A stretch of DNA of 64,000 nucleotides from Nymphaea colorata (taxonomy: Eukaryota): contig NC_045138.2 of assembly GCF_008831285.2 (NCBI RefSeq), positions 40,486,001-40,550,000 on the forward strand. Direction: 5' to 3'. A program made the position numbers and the translations under genes. The first letter of the stretch is position 1, and every line of letters starts with the position of its first letter. The notes under the pieces are model-generated. The model did not search any database, was not told where the DNA came from, and worked only from the letters and a program-made list of their open reading frames with translations. This document shows, piece by piece, positions 24,909 to 38,300 of this stretch.

Positions 24909-25689
24909 AGATGATGAAGGTGCAACGTTTATGAATGATGTTTCTCTAGATTTACATATGATTGCATCTTACTAGAAATTTCTAGATTTCTTTGGAATCA
25001 ATGTTCTAGATCATTTCCATCACAACTTGGTATATGAAGGTTGTGATTGAACGATAACTTTAGCTATATAAAGTTACTTAACTATCTAAGTAAGGCCGTT
25101 TATCTAAACAAATAAATGGTTGAGAGAAAAATAAAATATATATAAACATACCCATCAATTTTTTCTCTTTGTTTTTTTTTAACTATTTATCATTTAGGTG
25201 ATTCGACAGGGAGGAAATGAACACTTCAAAAGCAAGAAGAGAGAGAGAGCACCAACAAAATGGTATTCATAAACAAGATCGAGTGAAATTCCATCCCGTT
25301 TGTTGCGTTTTTAGTCGAGTGAGTGAAATTTTATCTGCCTGTACAAATTTCACCCTCTCCTTTCATTTTACATCGGCTATCAAACGGGCCCAAAAAACAA
25401 AGGCAACACAAGAAAGTTGGTGCATAAACTAGCAAACAAAACAAGAAAAAAAAACAATGAACACTTCAAAATCACCTAGTATGTTTTCCATTGAATAAAA
25501 TTTAAATTTTTACGAACATGCTGATTTTTTACCTTCAAGTTATTACTTTTATACAAGCTAGTTTCCTTTTTTTGGTTAATGAAGGCACACTTTTGAAGAG
25601 TCCGAATGATGCGGTTTTAACATATTTTCTCTAATGCTAATTTGGCCGGATTAAATTTGTTTTAAACATGAACATGCCTGGAATACGAA

Positions 25690-26560
25690 AACAAAGCCAC
25701 CGGTACGACGACCAAGTGGGTAGGGCCGAGGACCGACTCTTCACCGTACCAAGACCTTAACCCACCTAAGCTTGGTTCACGCTGCGGCGGTGAACCATGA
25801 CCGTCCGTTTTATAGCCGTTGATGGCCATCCGATGGACCCTCGCTTCCATTTGTCGTCGGCGGGCGTGTCGGAGGAGGGAGAGGACAACCCGGTGAAGCG
25901 GAGCTCGAAACGACGTCCATCTCAGTCGATGAAGCGCATCCCACTCTCTTCACCTCCCCGATTCGAAGATTCCTTCGACCTAATCCACGGGCCCTCGTCT
26001 GTGGGCACAATTTCCCAGGTAGAGGCGCAATTGAAGTGGGCCGACGCTTTAGAATCAAGCGATTTGGATGTGTCCACCTTGCGATTGCGGGAAAGCGGAC
26101 TCCCTCCGCGACTACGCGCCAAAGTGAATAGGATGAGGAGAGCGTGGGCGAGGACGAAAGGAGAGAGCTGGTCGCGGAGCATGGCAGACTCCTCGCTTCA
26201 CTCGCGCGAGTTTCTCTAGATCTCCCGGTACCCACATCTCTTTGTCTCCCCTTTTTTCGTTTATCGCCTTCTTTCTTAGGTTGCGAGTCGTCAATGAAGG
26301 AATAAGTAGTGTCCGCAATGAGCTATTGGTTTCGCTATGAGGCCTTCGTCGATTTAAGGCCTTAACTGAAGAAGCACCCATTTGTTTGTATCAACGCAAT
26401 CCTTCGATCTTTATTCGTTTTCTCTGTTAGTAGTAGTGATGACTCTCTCGGTTACTCTGCACGGAAATTACGACGCGCTTTCCGTGCTTCAGTTCGTTTG
26501 CCCGATTCCCGTTTCTCTTCGAGGAAATTCACTAGCTGTTTGGGCGTTCATGATTGGGTA
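25690..26560. promoter_or_regulatory. GC/CpG-rich island, probable FPGS promoter / 5' exon, possibly bidirectional
   Basis: GC and CpG content rise sharply, followed by U-rich intron-like sequence up to the acceptor ctgcag at 27222. Overlapping ORFs of 86-141 aa occur on both strands with no homology I can recognise. Confidence 0.45.
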
Positions 26561-27258
26561 ATTCCCAATGGCTCGAGGCCTGGAGTGCTATAACCGTGTG
26601 TCAAAGGAGTCCGTCGGCATTTTTTTTTTGTTGGTTTTCATGATTTTTCGTTGTTCAGGTTTTCTTTAATGAAATTGGGTCCTGCTAGTTGCTCTTCTAG
26701 TAGTTTTTAGTCTTTTTACGTAGATTTAGTTTCATCTGGCTACTCTGGTTTCCGTCTAGCTACTTTAGCTTTGAAAATGATTCATGTTCTTGGCGAGTTT
26801 TCCTTTTAGTAGTTTTTAGTCCTTCGGGAGCATACTCAGAGGGCAGATTGAGTTTCATCCGAACTACTCTGGCTTTCATCTAAACTACTTTAGGTATGAA
26901 AATGAATCGTATCCGTGGTGAGTTTTTCTTTTTATCGTTTCCGTACTCTTTTGGGAGAATATTCATCAGGTGGACTGTGGTTTCACCATCCTTTTTTAAA
27001 TGAGTGTAAATTCGTCCGGTTGGTTCTGTTTCAACACGCTGTCATCGGAAGGCCATTTGCTAGGACGGGATATTTTTTTATGTTAGTTAGGTTTTGAACC
27101 TCACATGTTTCTCAGAGTTAAGTGTCATATTCTGGAGTAGGGATAGTTGTAGCTACTGTTTATCCGTTTCTGAGATTGTGCTTGTGAAGCAATAATGGGC
27201 ATATTTCTATTTCTATCTGCAGGATCTTTTGAGTTAGTTGGATTCAAGAAAAAAAAAA

Positions 27259-30200
27259 ATGGGAAGCAATAGAGTTGAGCAAGCTGAAGTTTGTGATTCA
27301 CCTCCTTTGCCATCATATGAAACGGCAATGGAAGCATTGTCTTCTCTTATTTCCCGCCGTAGGCGGGGAAGTGGAAGTAAGCTGGGGAATGGAAGTCCTC
27401 AAGCAGGCCCTGTAAATAGCAAATTACAGTTAATGGAGAAGTATCTGAAGGTAGGTGTGGCACTATCACTTCATGATTTGGCTGTGTCCTGCGTCAACAA
27501 TAACAATTTATTCTTGTAAGTGCTTGGAAAAATATGTATGCAAGTTGTACATTTTAATGGAAGCATCAGAATCACAGACTAACTTCTTATAGTGTAAAAG
27601 ATTGTCAATAATATGTTTTTTTAACCTAATTTATGTGGGAGATGTCAAAGAATCTGTGGTGATAGATCATAGATGATCAGTCACACAATGGAAGGACAAC
27701 TTCCTGAAGATAAGGCTCAATCTCACTGATAGAGGCAAGAAAGAAATCAGATTATTTGGTAAAGCAAGCATTTAGAAGCATATCGATATGAATAAGAAGA
27801 TGAGATTGTTGATGAGGAACAGTAACTGCTTTGAAAATACCAAAGCAGCAAATAACCTTAAAATTGTAGAAATAACCTGCCTTCCCATTCATACTTGCCT
27901 TTATAAACATCTTTGGATGCCTATTTATGGCAGTTATTGAATTAATAAAACATTGCTGAAATGGCTTTCTTGTGGTTGTAGGTTTTCATGAACCGAACTA
28001 CGTACATCATTCTCTTATTCCTTTCCTTTTGTTTACGGTATTTAAGCATGCAATCTGCATTTTTGGTTTCTCACTTTTCTTATCTCCTTCCCAGGTGTTC
28101 ATTTGGCTTCATTATGTCGACAGTTGCTGCTAACTTGTTTCCATATTGTAAACATTTCTAAAATAATCTGTTTGAAATTAAATCGAGTGATTTCCATATT
28201 GTAAACATTTCTAAAATAATCTGTTTGAAATTAAATTGAGTGAGATCTGTTGTGGAAGACTTAATTCGCTCTTGAAGGTTTCATCACTCGTGACACCTTG
28301 CCTTCACCAAAAGCCATTATTGAACAGGATTGTTGAAGGAAGAGGCAAATCTGACATATATTTTCTGGTGGAAGTCGGATTGTCTTCTCACTTGTTGGAT
28401 CACCTTGCAGAAGAGTGTTCTTAGCCTCATTGTGGGTCTTGATATGTCTAAGGATATCTCACCTAAGAATCTCAAGAAAGGAAGTTTCATCAAACTCAAT
28501 TGAGTTTGATTCAGTCACCTCGTTTTGATTTAGAGGGCCACCATTTGGGTTGCCTTCTGCGTTTGTTCCGGTGGACCTGTCAAGGTTGATCATGTGTCGT
28601 TTGCTTATATGACAAATGGGAAGGAAACTTTCTGGTCTATTGACTAAAGAAATGTGCTTCATATTCAGACACACTCCTATGTTTCTTTCCATAAAAAATG
28701 TTTGATTAAGAAAAGGAAGTCATTAGAAGTCAGGCAACTAATTGCGTTACATAAATGTAGCCATATGCACCTGTTTCTATATCTTATAACATATAGTTAC
28801 AACAGCACCACTGGTTAATAGACTGTGTGAAGGCTACGTCAATGACCCTCATCAATAATACATAAGATCAATGTCATAAGCATTAAAAAGCCTTGTGCAT
28901 GTAATGAGAGAAAAAGTTATGATGCACTTATGAAATTACCTTAACAAGTATTTCCATGTAGCATGTACTTGTCATATGATGGTGTGATACTTCTCCATTT
29001 ATAGTGGATTAGCCAACCTGAACCATTTGCAGACCTTTGATCTGTTTGAACCCATGGTTTTCAAGTGATTTCGAAATTGCAGATAGCCTTTGTACACATG
29101 AATAAATTTATTTCCATTTACTTTTTATCTATAGGAAAGTAGTTCTTGGTATGGACCGGATGAAAAGCCTTTTCTACAGAGTCTACCATTGTAGTGTCTG
29201 CACGGGTGGAGCTTCTGTACTTTTGTGTGTTTTCCTAACTGTATACAAGGTTATTGATGCCATCAAAGGTTTCTGTAATGGGCATGAAAAGTCTTTTATA
29301 AGCGTTTTTCTAGAGCGTCTACAATTGTAGTGTCTGCATGGGTGGTGCTTCTGCACATTTGTGTGTTTTCCTAACTGTATACAAGCTTGTTGATGACATC
29401 AAAGGTTTCTGTAATGGGCAATACAAAGTCTTTTATACAGGGTTTACAGTAGTAGTGTGTGCATAACTGATTCTTCTGTACTTTTGTTTGCTTTCATAAT
29501 GGCTAATGCTAACACAAGTTTGTTGATGCCATCAAAGAGTTCATTTGGATTTTTTCTGTGTCAACATTTGTTAAGAAAATACAGCTCTCGACTGCATATT
29601 TCAGACTAAAACTTCTGTTGTAGATATTGGAGCTAGAAGACTCCATTGATGGGCTTAACATTATTCATGTTGCTGGAACTAAAGGGAAGGTAAATTTTCC
29701 ATACTAAGGGAAGACTGATTAAATCATTAAAGTATAGATGATTTTCTAAATTATCTGAATTTGTGTTGTTCCTCTGCTCTTGCTGTTCACTTTTCAATGG
29801 GATTTAGCTAATATACTGGCGAAGTCCACAGAAATAGATTGTGTAGCTGATTTTTGGGTGTAAATGTGATCTTTCTTATGCCTGTTAAAATGAGAGAAGT
29901 CAATATTTGAAGTTTCTGACATGTTCGTTCTGTTATTTGAGAGCATCGGTTATTTGAGAGCCAGGATTTTTTTTTCTGCAGGGTCCACTATAAAATTTTT
30001 AGATGTTTATGGGGCCAGACTAAAATTTTTGAAAATGTTAAATAGTAAAATGTTATTTGAAAAATTCAGGGTGGGGGGAAGATGGCCCTGCCAGCCCACC
30101 TTGGCTTCGCCCCTGAATATAAGTAAAACTATCTTATAATATAACATTATATAACATAACACAATCTAATATTATATATTACAGTAATTGGCTCTCTCAA

Positions 30201-32042
30201 AATTCAATTGCAAGCGTTACTTGATGTCATCTACTCTGCATGAAGATGCTTAATCTTTCTTATGGCTCTGGAATCAAAATGAATTGAACTGAATTATCTG
30301 GTGGAAAGAAATGAATAACAACTCATCACTTCCCATACATTCGAAATCAATTGTGAGCATCTAGCATGTTGTGGTGGCGACTTTGTTATATCCTGCATCA
30401 CTTGTGTGATCAGAAATACATGATTGCCTTATGCTTTTGGCTTTAGTGAACTCTAATAGAAAAGATTAATTTGGTATATCTTTCTGGTGGACTTTGTATG
30501 TCATGAGCTGCAGGAGCAAATTCCCGTTGTTTGTTATGTTTGTGTGAGAGTACGGGGGCATAATCCAAATCGTTTGTGTCAGTCTATCTTGTTTGATTTA
30601 TAGCCAAGTGATTTTCAGTTGATTCCTTTTTTCTATGAAAAATCCTTGGAAACAGCATTTTTAACTAAAAAATTATGAGGGACAAGTCAAACAGCAAGAA
30701 AGCACCACTGCCGATGTTACGTGTTCATTCAGAAATTTCTCATGCTGAAATGCTTGATGAAAGGGTTGCAGTTAGCACATCTTATTTAATCTTCTATGCT
30801 GATATGTGAAGGAGGGGCAGATGTGGAACAATCCTAACATGCTCCGTTGTGCAAGAAGTGCCTGCGTTAAGAAGTGTTTTCTTCTATTGATGTGGCCTCT
30901 CCTCCTGTATTGTTCCATCTCAGCTACCTTTTCGTACTCCATGTTGTGCAACAGTGACTCGCTTTTTGTGTCAATGAGTTTGCTACTAAGGAATGTGGTA
31001 ATTGAAGAGTGTGTGTGCGTGTGCGCATGTGTATGTATGCACATGTATGTGTGAGCATTAGTTGGTAAAATACATCAAATACGAGTATTTGTTGTTGGAG
31101 AATTCACATGCATAACTTGACACATTCAGTGGTCCATTGTTGTCACAATTTTAATCACAGGGTTCAACATGTACTTTTTCTGAAGCAATCTTACGTGCAT
31201 GTGGCCTTCGCACGGGACTTTTTACGTCGCCCCACTTGATTGATGTGAGAGAACGATATCGCATTAATGGGTTGGTGCTCTAAGTCATACTCGGTTACTT
31301 GCTATTCTTGGTTTTTGTTATAGCCAAAATTTGCATGTCCTGAAAGTTAATCATGTTCATGCAATTTAGCTTCGTCTTTGGCTAATGGTCAACAATGTGC
31401 ATGACTGCCATGACATTTGTTATGGTTTATGAGTAGGTCGCTGCAGTCAACCATGATGTTGTTATGGTTGATTTGTGACCTTATTCATTTGCAAACTCTT
31501 GAGCTGAGCTTGAAGTTGAACTATTAGCTGACTAATATATTAGAATATTTTGTTCTGAGCCATTTTGGTGTACAAAACATATAATAACCAAAAGAATTTA
31601 ACAAATAAAGTGCCAAAAAAGATTTGCCAATGGGAGTAGAAAAGTGGATATTGGCTTCTCAGAATCTACGCCTGCAACTTAGTTTTTTCTGTCATCTCAG
31701 TGGAGCAGTGCAAGTTGTGGAGTATAGAAGTTGAAGTTATCGGATCAAAACATACTAGATTTCTTCATACCCAGCATGAAAGGAACAGAAAGAAGATCTA
31801 GCAAGAAGCAACAAAACAAAACCACCTCTATTCTCTTGCACATAGAAAAGGCATCTCTTTTAAAACTGGTCTAAAGTGCTTTAACGTTTCTGAAGCTACA
31901 ATTGAGAGAAAGTCCCTTTTTAGTTTCTACTATATCACTCCTGAAGCTGGTGCTCTCCTGGAGCAGCCACTGTAGGACCATTTTTTTGTGCCCTCGAGTG
32001 TTTTATTTTTATCTTACTCAAAACTTAATCTTCAAATTCATG

Positions 32043-32074
<32 letters not shown>

Positions 32075-34708
32075 ATGGAGGGATTTTAGAATTTGATATT
32101 ACTCATTGCCTCTAGGCACGGGTCTCAATACATGAACTTTTTTTTTTTTTAACTACAAGTCTCTCTAAAGAAGAAAGATACAAAAATAAACTTGTTGAGA
32201 ATGTAATAAGAAAAAAGGTCACTGCCTACACATGTATGTGTATTGGTGTCATAAATCTAGTACCCATATTGATACAAAAGCTGTTTGCTTAATGCGTTTT
32301 ATATAGGGTTGCTTTGGATTTCATTGTTTGGTTACAACTTGGTTTCAAACGTTTCACTAATGGATATAGCTACTTGTATGGTGAGCTGGTAACCCCAAGA
32401 AAGATAATGATTTTCATTTAATTCAAATGGTTAGGCTTGTTGATTATATTGTCTGAAAAATCGCATTTGAAATCTTTGTTGCTTTTGTTCTTCATGTTGT
32501 AGTTCAACACTAGACTAAATGACACTGCAGGTTTTAAAGCCTTTGCTTTCTAGTTTCATGGAATCTTGGGTGATTAGTGTAGCTTTAAATGGAAAATATT
32601 TGTTCTGTCATATTGTCAACACAGAATTCATCCTCTGAGAATTTGTATGTGGGAGAAATTATTTGCTAAATTTGTTATGTTCTCTTTTTACATCAACCTC
32701 ATCTAATAATGTCAGTGACATTTTCCATAAAGACCTTGCTTAGCTTGTAACTTTTGTCTGTGCATTGAAGGTTGGATATTTCTGAAGACAAGTTTCTGCA
32801 GTACTTTTGGGATTGTTGGAATAAGCTGAAGGTACACACTTTATGCTTTTGCTGACTGCATTTATTAGGTTTCCCATATCAAGCCCTTAAACAATAGAGA
32901 GAGCAATGAGCATATGATTCTGCAGCAGAAAACAGAGAAAATAAATCTTTTGATCTGGATGCATTCAATTTTAGGGGACAAGAACCTAACCAGTCATGGA
33001 AGGCCTTAAAACACATGCTGCCTATGAATCTGTTTCCATTAAGCTTCTGTTGAATATAAAAATGGGAGAGAGAGAGGGAGTAATGAATCACCATATAAAT
33101 ATTGTTTTTTCTTGAGTCATTTTCTGCAACATTATTAAATCAAGCACTTTTTTAGTAAATGCATCAGTTGATGAAATTTTACTTGGATTGCAACGTGTTA
33201 TTTGGTTAGGAAGTCAACTTGATTGGAATCAGTCAATTTGAATCCAACTGGTGGCAAAACTGATTCAAGAGCACTACGTGTCGTTTTTAAAATACTTTTA
33301 AACATGTTTAATGATTTTCTTATTTTATAATTAATATATATTCGTTATTCTTTCAAAAATGATCTTTTAATATTTTGCTGATGCATCCAAATCACTGAAG
33401 CATTCATTTCACGAACTGGCAACTGTGCTGATTCGATTCATGAACTGATTTTTAGAACACTGCAAGAACTATGAGGTAGAGTCCCATTGAAGTCCACTAA
33501 ATATATCCCTAAGAATTTATTTGATGTTTAACCACGTCATAATAAGAGATTATCTGTATGTTGTTGTTTGCTTTTTGTGTTTAATCAAGTGGAAAGATGT
33601 GAAACTTATTTATGTGAACGATTGGATTTTGAATTTTCAGGAAAATTTAACTGATGATATTCCAATGCCCCCTCTTTTCCAGTTTCTCACATTGCTAGCT
33701 TTTCAGATCTTTACATTTGAAAAGGTAAGCCAAAGCATTTCTATTCTATACATTTTTTTCAGTAATTTCCAGACTGCTACATTTTCTCTGATTCCAATGT
33801 GATGGCTCAGTTCTGATTCCAATGTGATGCTCAGTTGCTTGAAAAATGCTACCTAAGAGCAGATTTGAGATTTCAGTTCAATTCCCACTGCAGTAGGCTC
33901 CTAAGCATCTATAAGCTGGAAACAAAAGGAAGAAAAAAGTTCTATCTTTTCATGATTTATTGACATGAGAAATGGCACTAACTGACTGCAGTTTGGTTTG
34001 TACTTTTTATTGAAGTTAATATGTCCCTACTAAACATGGCTTTTAAGGTTAAAAAAGAACATTGAATTTGTACAAAGTATTTTTGGAGCTTTAGATTCAG
34101 ATTTTGTATATAGAAATTGCATGATATGACTTATAGGGGCTGCTTTTTTCTTTTGGAAGTTTCTATGAGGAGCAGCCAGTTATAACTGTAGGTCTCATGT
34201 AATGGCTATCTTTCTAGAGCCATGCAATCTGACTGACAGACTTGGGATCTTATTTTTTGAGAAGTAATGAATGATATGAAAAGAAAGGAGGGTAAACCAA
34301 TTTTGTTTTCATGTGATATATCAAGACAGAAAGACAACAATGAGCCACTGTAGTGTCTCACAATATGTGCTGTTGATAGTATTCGATTGGGTTTAATTTA
34401 TGTATAGCTTTATGTGAACCCTGAGATTTTCAAGGTTTAAGGAAAAGGTTTGCTTCCTTTACATTCCTATGCTGCTTGTCAGTCACTTCTCCTCTCATTC
34501 ATAATGAAAATATTTGAATTCCTGTTACTACTTTCGGTTCCTCTATCCATTCCTGCTTTTTGTTCCTGTTCTAGGAGACCTAGGTTTATGACCCAAGTCG
34601 ACACAGCTCTAGTGCAGGTGCAGCTTAGAGGACCATGTCATGCAGATGCAGGGTGCCGGTGCCGGTGCGGCACATCCCAACAAAATTGGGTGCAGGGGTC
34701 TGGCGACG

Positions 34709-34778
<70 letters not shown>

Positions 34779-35344
34779 ATATGTATTCATTGTATATATA
34801 TAATTATATTGTTGTTTCTTAGCTTAATTTGTCTTTTTTTTTTTACTTTTATTACTGTAAATAAAGAAAGAGAGGGAGAGAGAGAAGGAAAACTTTTTTT
34901 AAAGGGAATAACATACGGTGCAGCTGGGGTGCGAGTCAGAGCCATACCCTTACCCGCACCAGTGTCGCGTCGTTGCGGGTGCTTCACTCTTTTTAAAGAG
35001 TCCATGTGACATAGGCTTAGGGTGTGGCAAGAAAAAAATCACTTTATTCATTGAATCCTAATAAATTGTAGTCTGTTAATTGTTAATTGCTATTTTTATT
35101 ATTCGTGTTGCACATATGCAGAACTGGGCATATTGACAAAAAATTTCTTTCACACGTGAATCAACATAGGATAGTGCTACAGTTATGGACATGATAATAG
35201 ATTGTTTGGTTTTATGGGGATTTCTCAGAAGCGGTAAGGGGTTTGGTGTAGGGCAGGGAAGGCCTTTGAAATTTGTGCAGTTCATGGTTGAACACCATAG
35301 ATACCAAAGTCTTAACTAATCCAGGTGAAATCTGAGCATCTTCA

Positions 35345-35385
<41 letters not shown>

Positions 35386-38300
35386 ACACACACACACACT
35401 CGCACACACATACACACATGTGCATGTACACACGCACACACATGCATGTGCATGCTCAGAATGTTCATGTAAATGAATGTCTTGCATGTTTTAGTTCTTC
35501 ACTCTTTATTTTCTGTCGACGAATGTTTTTTTTTTCTCCACTATATTGTTTAATATGTATTATCATTTCATGTTTGAATTTCTTGGTGTCAGAGAATCCT
35601 AACTATTAGCTCTGGTGAATAGGTTGATGTGGCAATTGTGGAAGTTGGGTTGGGAGGACGTTTGGACTCAACAAACGTGGTAATTATGCTCTCTTCAGAT
35701 ACCTGCAAGAAAATTATGATGAAGAGTATATGATGATGAATTTATGTTTAATAACTTCTAGGGTATTTTTTCAGGAAAATGCTAAAGTTCTCATGTTTAA
35801 CTTACTATGATTAAGTCTATTCTGTGAATCAATTGTACAGAATCTATTTACTCTACATTTTATGGATAACTTTTGCAGATTAAAAAGCCTATTGTTTGTG
35901 GCGTTACATCACTTGGGATGGATCATATGGAAATTCTGGGTACTTCCTTTCTCCACTATAATATGTATGTCCATTTGGCTTTTGGTTTTCTATATCTTTG
36001 TCACAGACCAAGATAGACCAACATTTTCTTATCTTTGTCACGGCCAAAAGTGGCCAATGTTTTCCTTATTTTTCTTTGACAAATGACAAGCTGGGTTTAG
36101 GCAAGCCCTTCTAGATTATGCCAAGGGATGCATACTGGGTATTGAACTCTTTGTCCTGCTTTGGCTTGCAGTTCTTAACTTCGAAACTCCACCTAAGCGA
36201 GGTGGATGAAATCGGAAAGAAAAGCCAAAGCTGAATCTTGTTTGTTGCATCATCCAACAAATAGAGATATCATTTTGCTGCCAACTTTGCATTTCCCTTC
36301 ACTTTCTTTCTCACCAACCTTGTATGTGCTTCCCTTTATCCACCAACTTTGTGTTCTACTTTTCAACAAACCAATGTGGCTTCAACTTTATTATATAAAA
36401 TTTATGCACATTTTTTAACATTCTTTCCTGGGTACTTTCATTTTACTTAAAATCACTCAGAGTATCTAATTTTTTGCATCCTTTAATCATGAATATATCA
36501 TAGTCTCCTTTAAATGATCAAAAGTTGTGAAATAGGGGCTTGGTCAAGTCCACAGGAGAAGGATTCTCAATGATAAATTGTTGACATTTGGAATTTTCCC
36601 ACAGGAGATACCCTTGGAAAAATTGCATCAGAAAAGGCAGGAATCTTTAAGGTACTTATTTGCTTTCTAGCTGAGCTGATAAGGAAAGCTATGACTTTTT
36701 TTCTTGGTTTTCTTGTTCTTAATGGTCTTGATATCTTCTCTGATCACAAAGGCAGGAGTTCCTGCATTTACAACACCTCAACCTGTTGATGCAATGGTTG
36801 CTCTTCAAAGGAGAGCCTCTGAATTGATGGTATATTTCTCTTTTCTTCTGCTGCTCGTAGGTAAATGTTCATTAAAACAAAGGCTCATTCAACTAAAAGC
36901 AGTATATGTATATAAGGCCACGTTCTCATATTGACGATGACCCCTGATCTACTTAATTGTAACAGTCCTCGGTTGAGTTCATTGTGGCCTAAGGATTGAT
37001 AAAAGTGGTAACAAATGGACTTTACCAAGGAAATTTTAATTATATTTGAAGAAAGCGGGCAAATAACATGACATGGTCCTCATTTCTGCTCATCGAGTCC
37101 TAACCATCCATGAAAAGTGGTGACACATGCATTTCACCAAGGAAATTTTAATTATATTTGAAGAAAGCTGGCAAATAACATGACATGGTCCTCATTTCTG
37201 CTCATCATGTGTCCTAACCATCCATGAAAAGTGGTGACACATGCATTTCACAAGGAAATTTTAGTTATAGTTGTAGAAAGCTGGCAAAATAACATGACCA
37301 AAGCATTGCAGCTTCCCAAGACTTCCAGCTTTTGTGCCAAGCAAATCAATTATTTTGCAATATCGCACTTCCCTTGCCTCACCTGACTGATGTGTCATCT
37401 TAGCCTTTCTGTTCATTTATCTACACAATGTTTAAGGACTGGATGCTTGCCTCATCACATGAGCTTGATAGTATCTTCCACAAAAGGGAAAACCATGGAA
37501 CGAAATTAGCAGAATAAATTTTACTTCTTTGTATGGTTTGAAAAAACTCAGGTGCTTCACAGGAAGGGCAGTTACTTTTTTTTTTTTCATATTTAAGTAC
37601 CTTCCAAAATTTCAGAAAATTTGTGACTTTATTTGACATTACCTTCTAAAATTCCAGAAACTTGTAAGCATGCTTTCGCTCTTTACATTTGTTTCCAGGA
37701 TGGGTATGTGCATATTGAGCTGCCAAAAATTTCTTGCACTGGATTTTTTTTTTTTTTTTTGATATAATAACTGAGTGTCCTTATTGGCTGAATATACTCA
37801 TGAAACTCATAAGTGCTCTTGTTGGCCAAGGTTGGAAAGGAAATGCAATAGTCCCAAATACAAGAACAAGAATAAATTTGTCCGAGGAAATACTTATCAG
37901 TCATCAATGTGAAGCTCATTATCATGTGGCTTCTTCCCATTCTTTTTTCTCGAGATTCCTTGCTGGAGAATATTCCTATTCATGGAATCCAAGTTAACTC
38001 CTCTTCTTGGTTATTCCTTAGTCAAAAGGCATTTAGTGTATTCTTTTCTTCAGTAAATGTTTCACTCATAATTAAATTGTTGAATCATAATAATAATGTA
38101 TTTCAAAGAAAATATTTTATTGCTCACAGATTCCATTGCAAGTTGCAATGCCTCTTGATCCAAATAGGTTTGCTGATCTAAAGCTTGGATTGGCTGGGGA
38201 CCATCAGTACACAAATGCAGGACTTGCTATTTCATTGTGCCAGTGTTGGATTCAGAGAACAGGACATTCCAAGGGTCTTGATCTGGTAAATGTTCGTTCA

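Larger units (their letters stand above)
1..25000. repeat. Mosaic tandem/segmental duplication array around an nsLTP locus (at least 4 partial units)
   Basis: Paralogous blocks matched by eye: 1-1030 with 11915-12930; 1060-2100 with 13885-14900; 2165-6150 with 15898-19230 (deletions in the second copy); 6180-6320 with 15564-15715; 6355-7440 with 10855-12020; 8430-8900 with 13205-13790; 8800-9900 with 22285-24137. The LTP-upstream block occurs four times (~4900-5220, ~9250-9500, ~17905-18224, ~23550-23860). Boundaries are approximate. Confidence 0.9.

Noticed and set aside
28240..28680. Possible degenerate LINE 3' (zf-RVT-like) remnant in an FPGS intron
   Set aside because: The motif resemblance is too faint to support without a profile search.
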